Shown here one piece after another: positions 1 through 10,790 of a stretch of DNA of 64,000 nt. Within the stretch, counting starts at the first letter, position 1; the number at the start of each line of letters is the position of its first letter. The notes beneath the pieces are model-generated. The model searched no databases and was not told where the DNA came from. It saw only the letters and a program-made list of their open reading frames with translations. This stretch comes from Narcine bancroftii (Eukaryota), in NCBI RefSeq assembly GCF_036971445.1, contig NC_091471.1, positions 868,001 through 932,000 of the forward strand. The letters run 5' to 3'. Position numbers and translations under genes: made by a program.

Positions 1-820
1 GAAGATGACGTTCAATGTGAACAAATGTGAGGTTATCCATTTTGGGGGCAATAATAGGAAAGCTGAGTATTATTTAAATGGAGACAAGCTAGGGAGTGGG
101 GAGGAGCAAGAGTACTTGTTCACCGGTCACTGAAGACTAGCATGCAGGTTCAGAAAGCTGTGAAGAAGTCTAATAGCATGTTGGCTTTCATAAAGAGGGG
201 ATTGGAGTATAGGAACAGAGACGCCCTTCTTCAGTTGTACAGGGCCCTGGTGAGACCCCAGCTGGAGTATTGCGTCCAGTTCTGGTCTCCAATTTTGAGG
301 AAGGACATACTAGCTATAGAGGGTGTGCAGCGCAGATTTACAAGGTTAGTTCCAGGGATGGCGGGGTTGACATATGCTGAAAGGCTAGAAAAACTGGACT
401 TGTATCCGATGGAGTTTAGAAGGATGAGGGGGGACATGATTGAGGTCTACAAAATCATCAGGGGGATAGACAGGGTGAAGTCGGATTACTTGTTCCCAGT
501 GATGGGGGAGACGAGGACTAGAGGGCATAGTTTAAGAATACAGGGTAGGCCCTTTAGGACGGAGATGAGAAAACATTTTTTTACCCAGAGAAGTGTGAAT
601 CTGTGGAATGCTCTGCCACAGAGAGTGGTAGATGCAGATTCGCTGATTATGTTCAAAAGAGAGTTAGATAAGACTCTAGTGGGCAAATGAGTTAAGGGTA
701 ATGGGGATAAGGCTGGAAAGGGGTACTGATGGTAGTGATCATCCATGATCTGTAAAATGGCGGTGCTGGCTCGACGGGCCGAAGGGCCTACTCCAGCTCC
801 TATTGTCTATTGTCTATTGT
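1..820 (+). mobile_element. CR1-clade LINE, 3' part of ORF2 and 3' tail
   Basis: ORF 142..690 has the CR1 C-terminal motifs (LYRALVRPQLEYCVQFWSP, RRMRGDMIEVYKI, TRGHSLR, HFFTQR.VNLWNALP). It ends in a short tandem tail (CTATTGT)n at about 798-820. Confidence 0.9.
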
Positions 821-1044
821 TTACTAAAATGTGATTCATGGAACTAAACCCTGAATAACAGTGAGTCCTGGGTCATAAGAAATTCCTTGCTCTCTAATGT
901 TTCTTGTCTCTCCTCCTTTCCATCAAAACTTATCGCGCTGGTGTCTCTATGCAAAAATTTCATTCACCTTGTCAAAAAAACACGCAGATGCCGGAGGAAC
1001 TCAGCCATGTGTGTCATCCTGGAACATTGGCTGCAGAGAATGCC

Positions 1045-1080
1045 TTGCTCCCTCTCACTTCACCATCTTCTCTCCACAGG
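1045..1080 (+). promoter_or_regulatory. Splice acceptor of the ZNF-A coding exon
   Basis: CTCAC branch-point-like motif and pyrimidine tract, then CAG|G (AG at 1078-1079). The same sequence is conserved upstream of all three ZNF ORFs. Confidence 0.7.
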
Positions 1081-1257
1081 GTGAAGAAAGCAGCGCGTTT
1101 CAAAGCTGGAAGCTTCAGACAACGCCAAGTGGTGGTCTGACCCTCTGACTGGATTCCTCGGGACTTTAGTATCAGCCAGATATCTCGGTGGATTAGGAGC
1201 ACGGAGAATCCCTACACCAATTGAGTGTATGAACAGGACTTCAGCTGATTGGCTGAC

Positions 1258-2685
1258 ATGAAGGATCAGGTGACCAGTGATACGACAGATAAAATACTCC
1301 AAAGTGAAGCATGTGGTGAGGAGGGGCTTCCTGTGGACTTGCTGAAATTACATCCCTGCGCTCACCCTGGGGACCCACCGTTCCCCTGTTCCGAATGTGG
1401 GGAGGGATTCCCCAGCTCTGATGCATTGTTGCAACACCAGTGTGTCCCCACTAGGGGGAGCCCATCCCCCTGCTCTGACTGTGGGAAGAGCTTTCAAACC
1501 TCGAAAGACTTGGAGGAACAGGGGTGTGTTCCCCCTGGAGGGAGTCCATTCACCTGCCGCGTGTGTGGGAAGGGGTGTGTTTCCCATGGGGAGAGTCCGT
1601 TCACCTGCTGCATGTGTGGGAAGGGGTTTGTTCCCCCTGAAGGGAGTTCTTTCACCTGTCGTGTGTATGGGAAGGGGTGTGTTTCCCCTGGAGAGAGTCC
1701 GTTCACCTGCCATATGTATAGGAAGGAGTGTGTTTCCCCAGGGGAGAGTCCATTCACCTGTCACGTGTGTGGGAAGGAATTCACCCAGTCCTCCAGCCTC
1801 CTACAGCACCAGAGAATTCACACTGGGGAGAAACCGTTTACTTGCTCCCTGTGCGGGATTAGATGTACTTACTCCTCCCAACTGCGGGCACATGAACGGG
1901 TTCACACTGGGGAGAAATCATTCAGCTGCTCCCTGTGTGGGAAGGGGTTTTCTCACTCCTCCACCCTACAGAGGCACCAGAGAGTTCACACCGGGGAGAA
2001 ACCGTTCACCTGCTCCCTGTGTGGGAGGGGGTTCTCTCGGTCCTCCAACCTGCAGGTACATCAACGGGTTCACACTGGGGAGAAACCGTTTACCTGCTCC
2101 CTCTGTGGAAAGGGGTTCTCTCAGCCCTCTGACCTGCTGAAGCACAAGAGAGTTCACACTGGGGAGAGACCATTCACGTGTTCACTGTGTGGGAAGGGGT
2201 TCTCTCAGGCTTCTATCTTGCTGAGGCACCAGAGAATTCACACCGGGGAGAAACCATTCACTTGCTCCCTGTGTGGGAAGGGGTTCTCTCGGCCCTCCGG
2301 CCTGCAGGACCACCAACGGGTTCACACTGGGGAGAAACCATTCACCTGCCTCCTGTGTGGAAAGGGGTTCTCTCGGCACTCCAGCCTGCAGGACCATCAG
2401 CGGGTTCACACCAGAGAGAAACCATTCACCTGCTCCCTGTGTGGGAAGGGGTTTTCTCACTCCTCCAATCTGCTGCGGCACCAGAGAGTTCACACAGGGG
2501 AGAAACCATTCACCTGCTCCCTGTGTGGGAAGGGGTTTGCCCAGTCCTCCTCTCTGGAGAGCCACCGAAGAATTCACAATGGGGAGAGACCATTCACCTG
2601 CTCAGTTTGTGGGATTGGATTCATCCGGTCCACATACCTTCTCAGGCATCAGAGAGTTCACACTGGGGAGAAATTATTCACATGA
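1258..2685 (+). CDS. Tandem C2H2 zinc-finger protein ZNF-A (11 canonical fingers, N-terminal C2HC fingers, 5 x 17-aa Cys-rich repeat)
   Basis: First ATG at 1258 with an in-frame TGA upstream at 1246. Repeated CxxC-x12-H-x3-H units joined by TGEKPF linkers. The N-terminus is paralogous to ZNF-B and ZNF-C. Confidence 0.9.
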   Translation: MKDQVTSDTTDKILQSEACGEEGLPVDLLKLHPCAHPGDPPFPCSECGEGFPSSDALLQHQCVPTRGSPSPCSDCGKSFQTSKDLEEQGCVPPGGSPFTCRVCGKGCVSHGESPFTCCMCGKGFVPPEGSSFTCRVYGKGCVSPGESPFTCHMYRKECVSPGESPFTCHVCGKEFTQSSSLLQHQRIHTGEKPFTCSLCGIRCTYSSQLRAHERVHTGEKSFSCSLCGKGFSHSSTLQRHQRVHTGEKPFTCSLCGRGFSRSSNLQVHQRVHTGEKPFTCSLCGKGFSQPSDLLKHKRVHTGERPFTCSLCGKGFSQASILLRHQRIHTGEKPFTCSLCGKGFSRPSGLQDHQRVHTGEKPFTCLLCGKGFSRHSSLQDHQRVHTREKPFTCSLCGKGFSHSSNLLRHQRVHTGEKPFTCSLCGKGFAQSSSLESHRRIHNGERPFTCSVCGIGFIRSTYLLRHQRVHTGEKLFT

Positions 2686-3330
2686 TCTATGTGTGAGAAG
2701 CGGTTCTCTCGTCCCTCCGGCATACAGGTACACCAGTGGTTCACACTGGGGAGAAACTATTCACCTGCTCCCTGTGCAGGAAGTCGTTCTCTCAGTCTTC
2801 CAGTCTGCGTTAAACTAACGGGTGCATACGAGGGAGAGACCATTCACCTGCTCCATGATTGGGATGGGATTCACTCAGGCCTTGGGCCTGCAGACACATC
2901 AGCAATTTCACGGGCAGAAACCATTCACCTGCTTTCAGTGTGAGGGGGGGCTCTGTCATCCTTCCAGCCTGTGGGTACACCAGCGGGTACACACTGGGGA
3001 GAAACCGTTCAACTGCTCCCTATGCGGGAAAGGTTCTCTCAGCCCTCCAGCTTTCAAGCACACCAGCGAGTTCACACTCATTGCTCGATGTATGGGATTG
3101 GTTTCTCCAGATCCTCCAACCTGCTGAGGCACCAGAGAGTTCACCCCTGAAGTAACCTTTCACTGCTCTCTGTGTGGGAAAGGGTTCTCTCAGCAGGCAG
3201 ATCAGTGGGTTTACACCGGGGAGAATCTGTTCACCTGCTCCCTGGATCAGATTCACTCAGTCCTCCGACCTGCTGAGCCACCAGACCTCCGGTCTGAGGG
3301 GACATCAGCAAGTTGACACAGGGAGAGAGT
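2686..3330 (+). pseudogene. Decayed C2H2 fingers continuing past the ZNF-A stop
   Basis: The stop is a TGA at the first Cys position of the next finger (FT*SMCEK). Finger and linker remnants ([29 protein letters not shown]) follow in shifting frames. Confidence 0.8.
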
Positions 3331-3379
3331 ACATTCACCACGGACAGTCAGCATCTTTTCTCTCTGGTGAAATTGTCAC

Positions 3380-3600
3380 ACGTTAGAGTGTGTTTAAGGT
3401 GGGGGGGGGGAGGAAGATGTTCAGGACAAATATTTTACCCAGAGAGCAATGATCACCTGGAATGGGCTACCAGATGTAGTTGGTTCTTGACAGACCCATG
3501 AATATGGAGGGAGATGGATCATGTGCAGGCAGCAGTTTAGTTCAACTTGGGCATCCTGTTCAGTACAGACAGGTGGGCCGAAGGATCGATGTTTCAGGGG
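3380..3600 (+). mobile_element. Old CR1 3' fragment
   Basis: Contains TTTAAGGTGGGG..., TTTTACCCAGAGAG and TGGAAT, resembling the CR1 3' ends elsewhere in this window. Confidence 0.5.
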
Positions 3601-3639
3601 CCACAGGTTGAAGGATTGTTGTGTAGATGGGGATTTTTT

Positions 3640-4300
3640 TATTCTGAGTGTGGGGATCCTGCCGTCTACTGCCTTCCCCAGATGCTGCCTGACCTGCTGA
3701 GTTGCTCCAGCATTTTGTGTGCTGGTGCTGAGATGAGTGTGGTGTGACCTCTGACCTGGTGCCTGCATGGCTGGGCTTTTGTGACAAAATCATAAACCAG
3801 CCAGGAGACGTCAGCATCGGTCACTGCTGGACAAGACTTCACTGTGCAAATTCCCCTTTGGTGTTTGAAATGGATGAAGTTTGAAACTCGACGCTGCAAC
3901 CTCTGGATTTTCAGGTGATGAGGATGTGCAGATGCTGGGATCTAACACAGCCAACAAGTGCTGGAGAAACTCAGGTCACACAGCATCCATAGAGAGTAAA
4001 AGGCTGTCGACATTTCATGCCTGGATCCTTCCCCAGGAGGGCCAAAATGCAGGGAGGGGCAGGGAAAGCAGCACAGGCGAACTGGTATGGGGTCCTAGTG
4101 GATACTGGTGGGAGGGGAGATAGCAGAGGGTTTATCACTGACAGGAGAAGGCAGGGAAGGGGATGGGGAGCTGGAGGAAGGGAGACAGAGATGAGGGAAA
4201 GAGAGTTGGAAAAGTGGGTGAATGGAAATTTGAAATCTATGTTCATGCATCTGGTTGGAGACTGTGGGGATGGAATATAAGGTGTTGTCCCTCCAGTTTG
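3640..4300. mobile_element. Penelope terminal-repeat (pLTR) fragments in opposite orientations (about 3640-3725 + and 3925-4300 -)
   Basis: GATGCTGCCTGACCTGCTGAGTTGCTCCAGCATTTTGTGT and a degenerate reverse complement; the same motif ends the GIY-YIG-bearing elements at 20.6 and 56.7-58.4 kb. Confidence 0.6.
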
Positions 4301-5083
4301 GGGGTGGGATGAACGATTGGGATCCAGATTGTTGCTCCAATGGAGATGTTCCTTGCAGCTCCAGCTCTCCGAGTGTATAATCCCCAGTCGATCTGCTGCA
4401 TCAGATTTTTCATCTAAACTGCATCAGATCACCTGGGTCACTTTCCCTTTGTACTTGCTGGGCTGGCTGGCACAGACAGACCCTGATGACCTGGACCTTG
4501 ATGGACATTGAATAAAAATGGCTGTGACCAGAAGATTTTGGCCTCATTCTTGACTTCTGACCATCTTCTGGTCAATGTTATCTCCAGTCACAACAGCATG
4601 TCACTGCCTGAATGTCCTTTAAAATGCCTCGACCAGTGCCTGATTCATTGCTGTTAATGCTGTTATTTGGAGTTATTTGGTGACCTGTGGACCACTCCTA
4701 CCAGTGATTTATTTTCCTTTATTATCTACCCGGTACCTCATCTCTACCCAGATTTATGCCAATGGTTTATTCACCTGATTTCCAATGCTCTGGGCATTCA
4801 GATATAGTGCGCTCACACTCAGTGACCTGTTCCATCAAATTGCAATGTGGCCTCTTGTTTCTATTGCATTGAATTTTTTTCTGTCCTCCACTTTGACTTT
4901 CCTCTTCTACCTTTTGCTTCTGTCTCTATTTTACTTCCTTCTGACATCCTGCAGATCATGACATTCCCCTGCCATAGTTGTCTCACTGTCCCCAACATGA
5001 CTGCAAACAATCCCCCTGCGACATTGATCCCAGTCTTGCCCAGGTATCCACCATCCGGACATGGTGGTGAAACATGGAGGTGA

Positions 5084-5087
<4 letters not shown>

Positions 5088-5133
<46 letters not shown>

Positions 5134-5139
5134 AGGGGG
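5088..5139 (+). repeat. (GA)n microsatellite and G run
   Basis: Directly visible. Confidence 0.95.
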
Positions 5140-5439
5140 ACTGAGGAGCTCTGACGAGGGGTTGTGGAATGTATCGGTGTTCACGTCCTTGATCAGCCCA
5201 TTACGGAATCTACAAGGAAATGATTTTACTGGGAAGAAAGTGGAGACGAAAATTTGAGCAGGAAATCAGAAAAATTCATAACATGGTGCAGAGAAAAAGA
5301 GAGACCCGAAAGGGAGTTAAAATGAAGATTGCGAGCTTTCCGAAGAGGCACAGTTTACAGCAGCAAGGGAGGTACGATAAGCGTTCAGGAGGCTATGGAT
5401 TTACACCAGGACCACACTATTGGGAACATGGTTCCTGAA

Positions 5440-5715
5440 CTTGGGCGGACGGTTGGCATGATTGTTAGTGAGACACTAGTGCAGCACTGTTTATAAGGAG
5501 TTGTATGTTCTCCCTGTGTCTGCGTGGGTTTTTCTCGAGTGCTCCAGATCCTTCCCACCCTCCAAAAAGTGTGGGGTTGGAGTTAATTTGGCAGCACTTT
5601 GTTGACATTGCCTATTTTGTGTTCAGTCCCTGTGTGGAGGCAGCAAGTACGAATTTTGGTGTCTCTGTACTTTCCACTTCTGTGTATGACAATAAACTCT
5701 CATTGTCATCAATCA
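5440..5715 (+). mobile_element. Degenerate V-SINE (HE1-like)
   Basis: GGAGTTGTATGTTCTCCCTGTGTCTGCGTGGGTTTT...GTGCTCC...TTCCCAC..TCCAAA matches the V-SINE core as I recall it. Confidence 0.65.
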
Positions 5716-5989
5716 AGGTGTGTATGTGTGTGTGTGTGTGAAATGGGTGGGGATTGGGGACAGAGCCTGGTTGTGGGAGCAGGTGTCGGACCTGGGAAGG
5801 TTCAGTATTGGGAAGTTGCTGATGTGTTGTGAGTATTGTGTGTGTGTTGGTGGAGGTCAGGGACTGCTGGGATCCTTTTGAAGGGGACAGTGTGTTTCCA
5901 TGGGCTGGGGACAGTGTCTGAATGTGGCTGGAAGTATGAAGGACTGGAGAGGTTCTGTGGTGCCTGGGTCTGGAGAAATATTTATAATT

Positions 5990-6260
5990 AAATGTTTCCC
6001 ACCACGGCCATCCTCTCTTCAGGAGAAATAGGACCTCATGCACCACCAGATTAAAGGACAGTTTATTCCCCACCATCATCAAGTTCCTGAACAAACCCCC
6101 ACATTATGTTGCCTTTGCCCCAAATCCACTGACCCTTCCGTAACGGCATTTTGCACTCGTGCACTGTGTCTTGTTGTACAATGACTGCGATGTCTATTTG
6201 TCTGCTCGCTGAACACCCCGTCACTTCCTTCTGGGGTTAATGTGACAATAAAGTTGAACA
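5990..6260 (+). mobile_element. Rex/Babar-type LINE 3' fragment
   Basis: CACCACCAGATTAAAGGACAGTTTATTCCCCACC..CATCAAGTTCCTGAAC is similar to the 3' end of the element at 38.6 kb. It ends with AATAAAGTTGAAC. Confidence 0.5.
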
Positions 6261-6469
6261 ATTAGACCCTGGATTTAACGCTTGGGTAAACGGACAGGGA
6301 ATGTTTTGGATTGGAACCCTTTCCATGCGAAGGGATGGGGAGGGGAGACTGCCAAATCATTTTCTTTGAAAGATGTGTCCTGGAAGTTTTGCTGGCATAT
6401 TTCCCAGGGTCACAAGTAGTCTGAGTTACTGGTTCATCCCGGAATACCAGTGTTCTCCACTTTCTTCCA

Positions 6470-8520
6470 AACCATCTTTATTTTAATTTCTTAACTCGTG
6501 CAAATCCAAGCAAACAGTATAGTTCATTAGTTCATTTTCCTTCTGCACAATGTAATTTCCAGAGTCCAACATTTTCACCTCTCCCTTCCCTAATTCCCTC
6601 CCTCCCTTCTCCTGTAACTTGTACAGATACACAATGAAAGACAACATGCTACTGGACCCCAAGTATTAAATAAACAATAAAAGGTAGGGGATAAACAATG
6701 AAAATGAGAATAAAAATTAAAGCCAAAACACGTCATCTGTGCTGTTCCCTCCAGTTCACTCTCTCCTTTATATACCTAGTGGGAAAGTTTATTTTTCCCC
6801 TCATTACTCAAAGCTTTAGGCTCATAAGGTGTGGGGGGGGGGTGGGGCGTGGTGGACATAGCTCATATCCTATGTGCTTCACATATGGCTGCCACACTTC
6901 AATGAATGTGTCCTACTTCTGTATACGTAATCTCTGGGGAATGCAACCCTGCATTTCTGCAATACTAAGCTGAGAGTTGGACTTCCACATGACTGCTGTA
7001 CACTTCCTGGCTACTGACAAGGTGACCTTCACAAACTGAATTTGGTGTTTGGACAGTCTGAACTGTATTTCCCTAATATCTCCCAGAAGGTACAATTCCG
7101 ATCCAGTGGAAAATCCACTCCTGTCATTTTTTTCAGAATGTGCTCCAGGTTCCCCAGAAGGATCTCTCCTTCAGACATAGCCAGGTGGAGTGGACAAAGG
7201 TTCCAACCTCTACACCGCGTCTAAAGCGCATTTCTGAAATTTCTGGCTTTGATTTATGTAATTTTTGTGGTGTGAGGTATAACTGATGAAGGAAATTGTA
7301 CTGCTCCAGGACATATCTAGCGTTGACAATTCCTGTCATGCTATTCAGACACAGGTCTTCCCACCACTGTTCATCAATTGTTGTGCCCAAGTCTGACTCC
7401 CATATTTCCCTCAACCGGAGTAACCCCAGCTTCTGGCCCTCACTTTGGAATAAGAAACTCATTCTCCTGTTGAATTAGAATCTCCATGGTACCACAATCT
7501 GGCAGAGTCATTGTTGGTCCTAATTTGTCTCTTAAGAAAGATCTTAATTGCAGAAAGCTGAAGTACGTTCTGTTAGACAATCCAAATTTGATCCTCAAAT
7601 GTTTGAATGACATCAACTGCCTAAATTAACAATCCTCGATACACCTGGTCCCTTTCCGGCACCCGGGGTCCAGGATCTTATTTCCCAGAGTCATGGGTAT
7701 TAAATTGTTTTGGGTCAAAGGCATATTGGGAGATCACCTCACCTTCAATCCAATGCATTAATGTATTTTATTGCCATGTCTGACACACTCGTTGAACCTC
7801 TTAAGGAAGTTCTGGGGCAATGGGATAGGCAATGTTTGAAAAAGATATTGATTCCATAGCATCATCTTCATTCTTATACAGTTCACTCTGCTCACTAATG
7901 TTATGCGCAAAGCTCTCCACCTAACCAAGTCCTCCTTAATCATACGGACCAAGGGGAGATCATTTATCTTACATTCATTGCCTAAGTCTTTGTCCACTTT
8001 TATCCCCAGGTATTTAATGCCCTTCCAGCTGCCACTTAAATTGGTTTCCCTGTTGATAGGGTTTATAATCCCCTTCATCAAAGGCATCATCTTGCTTTTG
8101 TCCAGATTTACTTTATATCCTGAGACCTTCCCATAATCCTCCAGTGTGGTCCTCAGCCCAGCCAACGCCCCCCCCCCCCCCCCAGTGTCTGTCAAATCCA
8201 TTAACACACATTCAGCAATAGATTGATTTTGTGTTCCACCTGGCCCACCGCGAACTCCTTCATGGATCCTGCCTCATGGCTTCTGCCACTGGCTCAATAG
8301 CCAGTATGAACAGTGCTGAGGACAATGGGCAGCCCTGTCTACTGGATCTACTCAATGGGAACACTGGAGACATCTTCCTGTTTGTAATAATTTTGGCTTG
8401 AGGGTTATGATCCAGTGTCCTCACCCAATTTATAAATGTTTGCCCTAATCCAAATCTCTCTAGTACTTTGAACAGGAAGTCCCACTCCAATCTGTCAAAG
8501 GCCTTGTCTACATCCAGGGA
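6470..8520 (-). mobile_element. L1-clade LINE, degenerate 3' half of ORF2
   Basis: RT motifs SLDVDKAFDRLEWDFL, RQGCPLSSALFILAIEP, SGYKVNLDKS and IKYLGI, plus C-terminal FLHQLYLTP...HSTWLC, spread across broken frames. Confidence 0.85.
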
Positions 8521-9875
8521 TGTGAGCTCTGTAGAGAATGAACTGTGGACACCGTGGAGAGTGAAATGTGGACTCTGTCGAGAGTGAAATGTGGATTCTG
8601 TGGAGAGTGAACGATGGACGCTGTGGAGAGTAAACTGTGGACTCTGTGGAGAGTGAACGATGGACGCTGTGGAGAGTGAACGATGGACGCTGTGGAGAGT
8701 GAACGATGGACGCTGTGGAGAGTAAACCGTAGACTCTGGAGAGTGGACCGTGGGTTCTGAGAAGATTGAAATGTGGAGAGTGAAGAATGGACACTGAGGA
8801 GAGTGAACCATCGAGTCTGTGAAGAGTGAACCGCGGACTGTGTGGACCGTGAACTCTGTGGAGAGAGAAACATCGTGTCTGTGGAGTGTGAAATGTGAAC
8901 TCGTGGAGAGTGAACCGTGGGCTCTATGGAGTGTGAGCCGTGGGCTCTTTGGAGAGTGAAATATGGAATCTGGATGTGAAATCTGTGAAGAGTGAACCAT
9001 GTACTCTGTGGACAGTGAATCTTGGACTCTGAGGAGAGTGAAACGTTGTGTCTGTGGAGAGTGAAATGTAGATTCTGTGGAGAGCGAACTGTGAACTCTG
9101 TGGAGAGTGAACCATGGGCACTGAAGAGTGCACTGTGTGCTCCTGGAGAGTGAACCATGGGCTCTATGGAAAGTGAGCCGTAGGCTCTTTGGAGAGTGAA
9201 CTATGGAATCTGTGGATTGTGAAATGTGAACAGTGAAACGTGTACTCTGTGGAGAGTGAAATGTGGACTCTGCGGAGAGTGAACCGGGGTTGCTGTGGAG
9301 AGTGAAATGTGGACACTGGAGAGTGAAATGTGGACACTGGAGAGTGAAATATGGACACTGTGGAGAGTGAAATGTGGACACTGTGGAGAGTGAAATGTGG
9401 ACTCTGTGGAGAGTGAGCCGTATGCTCTTTTGAGAGTGAAATGTGAACTCTGTGGAGTGTGAACATTGGGGTCTGTGCAGAGTGAACTGTGAGCTCTGTA
9501 CAGAGTGAACTGTGGACACTATGGAGAGTGAACCATGGACTCTGGAGAGTGAACCATGGACTCTGGAGAGTGAACCGTGGACTCTGTGGAGAGTGAACCA
9601 TGGTGTCTGTGCAGAGTGAATCGTGTGCTCTGTGGTGAGTGAACCATGGATTCTTTGGGGAGTGAACCTTGTACTCTGTGGGGAGTGAAGCATGGGCTCT
9701 TTGGAGAGTGAACCGTGAACTCTGTGGAGAGTGAAGCATGGGCTCTGTGCAGAGTGAACCACGGACACTGTGGAGTGTGAACTTTGGAGAGTGTACCCAT
9801 GGACTCTGAGGAGAGTGAATCGTGAACTGTGGAGAGTGAACCATGGACTCTGGAGAGTAAACTGTGGACACTGCA
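8520..9875. repeat. Minisatellite with 19-21 bp unit (GTGGAGAGTGAAATGTGGACTCT-like)
   Basis: Dozens of tandem GGAGAGTGAA-anchored units; the source of the spurious HSPQS-rich ORFs. Confidence 0.92.
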
Positions 9876-9879
9876 GACT

Positions 9880-10790
9880 TTAGAAGTGGCTGAGAATTCT
9901 GGAACAAAATTATAGACAATATAAAGACCCATGAGTGGTAGGAGTAATCTTACAAACATTGAACCCCTGCTTATACTCTATTTTAGTGGGGACAGATTGT
10001 GGAAGCGACACTTTGACCAACTGCAAGCATTGACTGACACTAAGGTCCATGAATTGCCTCATGAACTAGAAGAGGTAGAACCAGACCTGCCATGGCCTGC
10101 CCTGACCATCCCACCCCTCAGAACTGGGGAGGAGGGGTCCAAGACGGTCGTGGAGCCAAGCAGTCCATTCAAGAGTCCAGTAACTGAGACATGCAGCCAG
10201 GAGGGCAACGAAGACCAGAAGTCGCCACCAAAAGTCAGTGAAGGTGGGCAGTCACTGCCGAAGGTCAGTGGAGACAGGCAGTCACCGTCAACGGTCAGCT
10301 AAGGTGGGAAGTCACCGCCAAAGATCAACAAAGGTAGACAGTCACCACCGAAGGTCTGCGAAGGTGGGCGGTCACCGCCAACCCGACTATCTACAGGTCC
10401 AGAGCAAAGACTGGCACAGCAAACCACACCAAGGTGGCCCCAAAGAGAAAGATGACCACCTGAACACTTTAAGGATGTGCCCCGATTATTATTAAATACT
10501 TTCCCTTTTAGAATAATAATTACTCATGAGATGCATTCTAATTCTCACTTGTAGTCCTGCACCCGATGTGAACTCATTTGTTCGAAGGGACCCAGTCAGC
10601 ATTTACCACATGGTGGGGGAAGAGTGTTGGGTACAAGCCTGCCCTCTGCTGGACATCACGATGCCCATGTCATGATGTCATCCTTCCATATATAACCCAA
10701 CGTGTCAGTAGCCGCATTGGTCTCATAGAAGGAAAGGATGAGAAAGCATCACGTCTCCGTCTTAATTGTTTGAGTGCAGACACAACAGCA
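9880..10790 (+). mobile_element. Gypsy LTR retrotransposon 3' remnant (integrase tail, PPT, LTR part) with internal 30-bp tandem repeat (about 10220-10380)
   Basis: GDRLWKRHFDQL resembles a Gypsy integrase C-terminal motif. A purine tract GGGGGAAAGAG at about 10615 is followed by TGTTG. Confidence 0.55.

Noticed and set aside
1080-1257. Hidden KRAB or other effector exon spliced in frame to the ZNF ORFs
   Set aside because: An in-frame TGA lies just upstream of the ATG in all three paralogs, and no KRAB, SCAN or BTB-like ORF was seen in the window.
2683-2685. TGA at a Cys position as possible selenocysteine or read-through
   Set aside because: The downstream finger frameshifts within about 20 codons and no SECIS was recognised; simple nonsense truncation.
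1348-2818. Alternate-frame and antisense ORFs over the ZNF arrays (also at 15.3-16.9 and 58.8-60.2 kb)
   Set aside because: Typical shadow ORFs of 84-bp finger repeats.
8520-9875. CRISPR-like regular repeats (also at 34.6-38.3 kb)
   Set aside because: No unique spacers, no cas genes, eukaryotic context.
8260-9959. 502-aa His/Ser-rich ORF apparently fused to an RT fragment
   Set aside because: Minisatellite read-through into a broken L1; no evidence of a real fusion protein.
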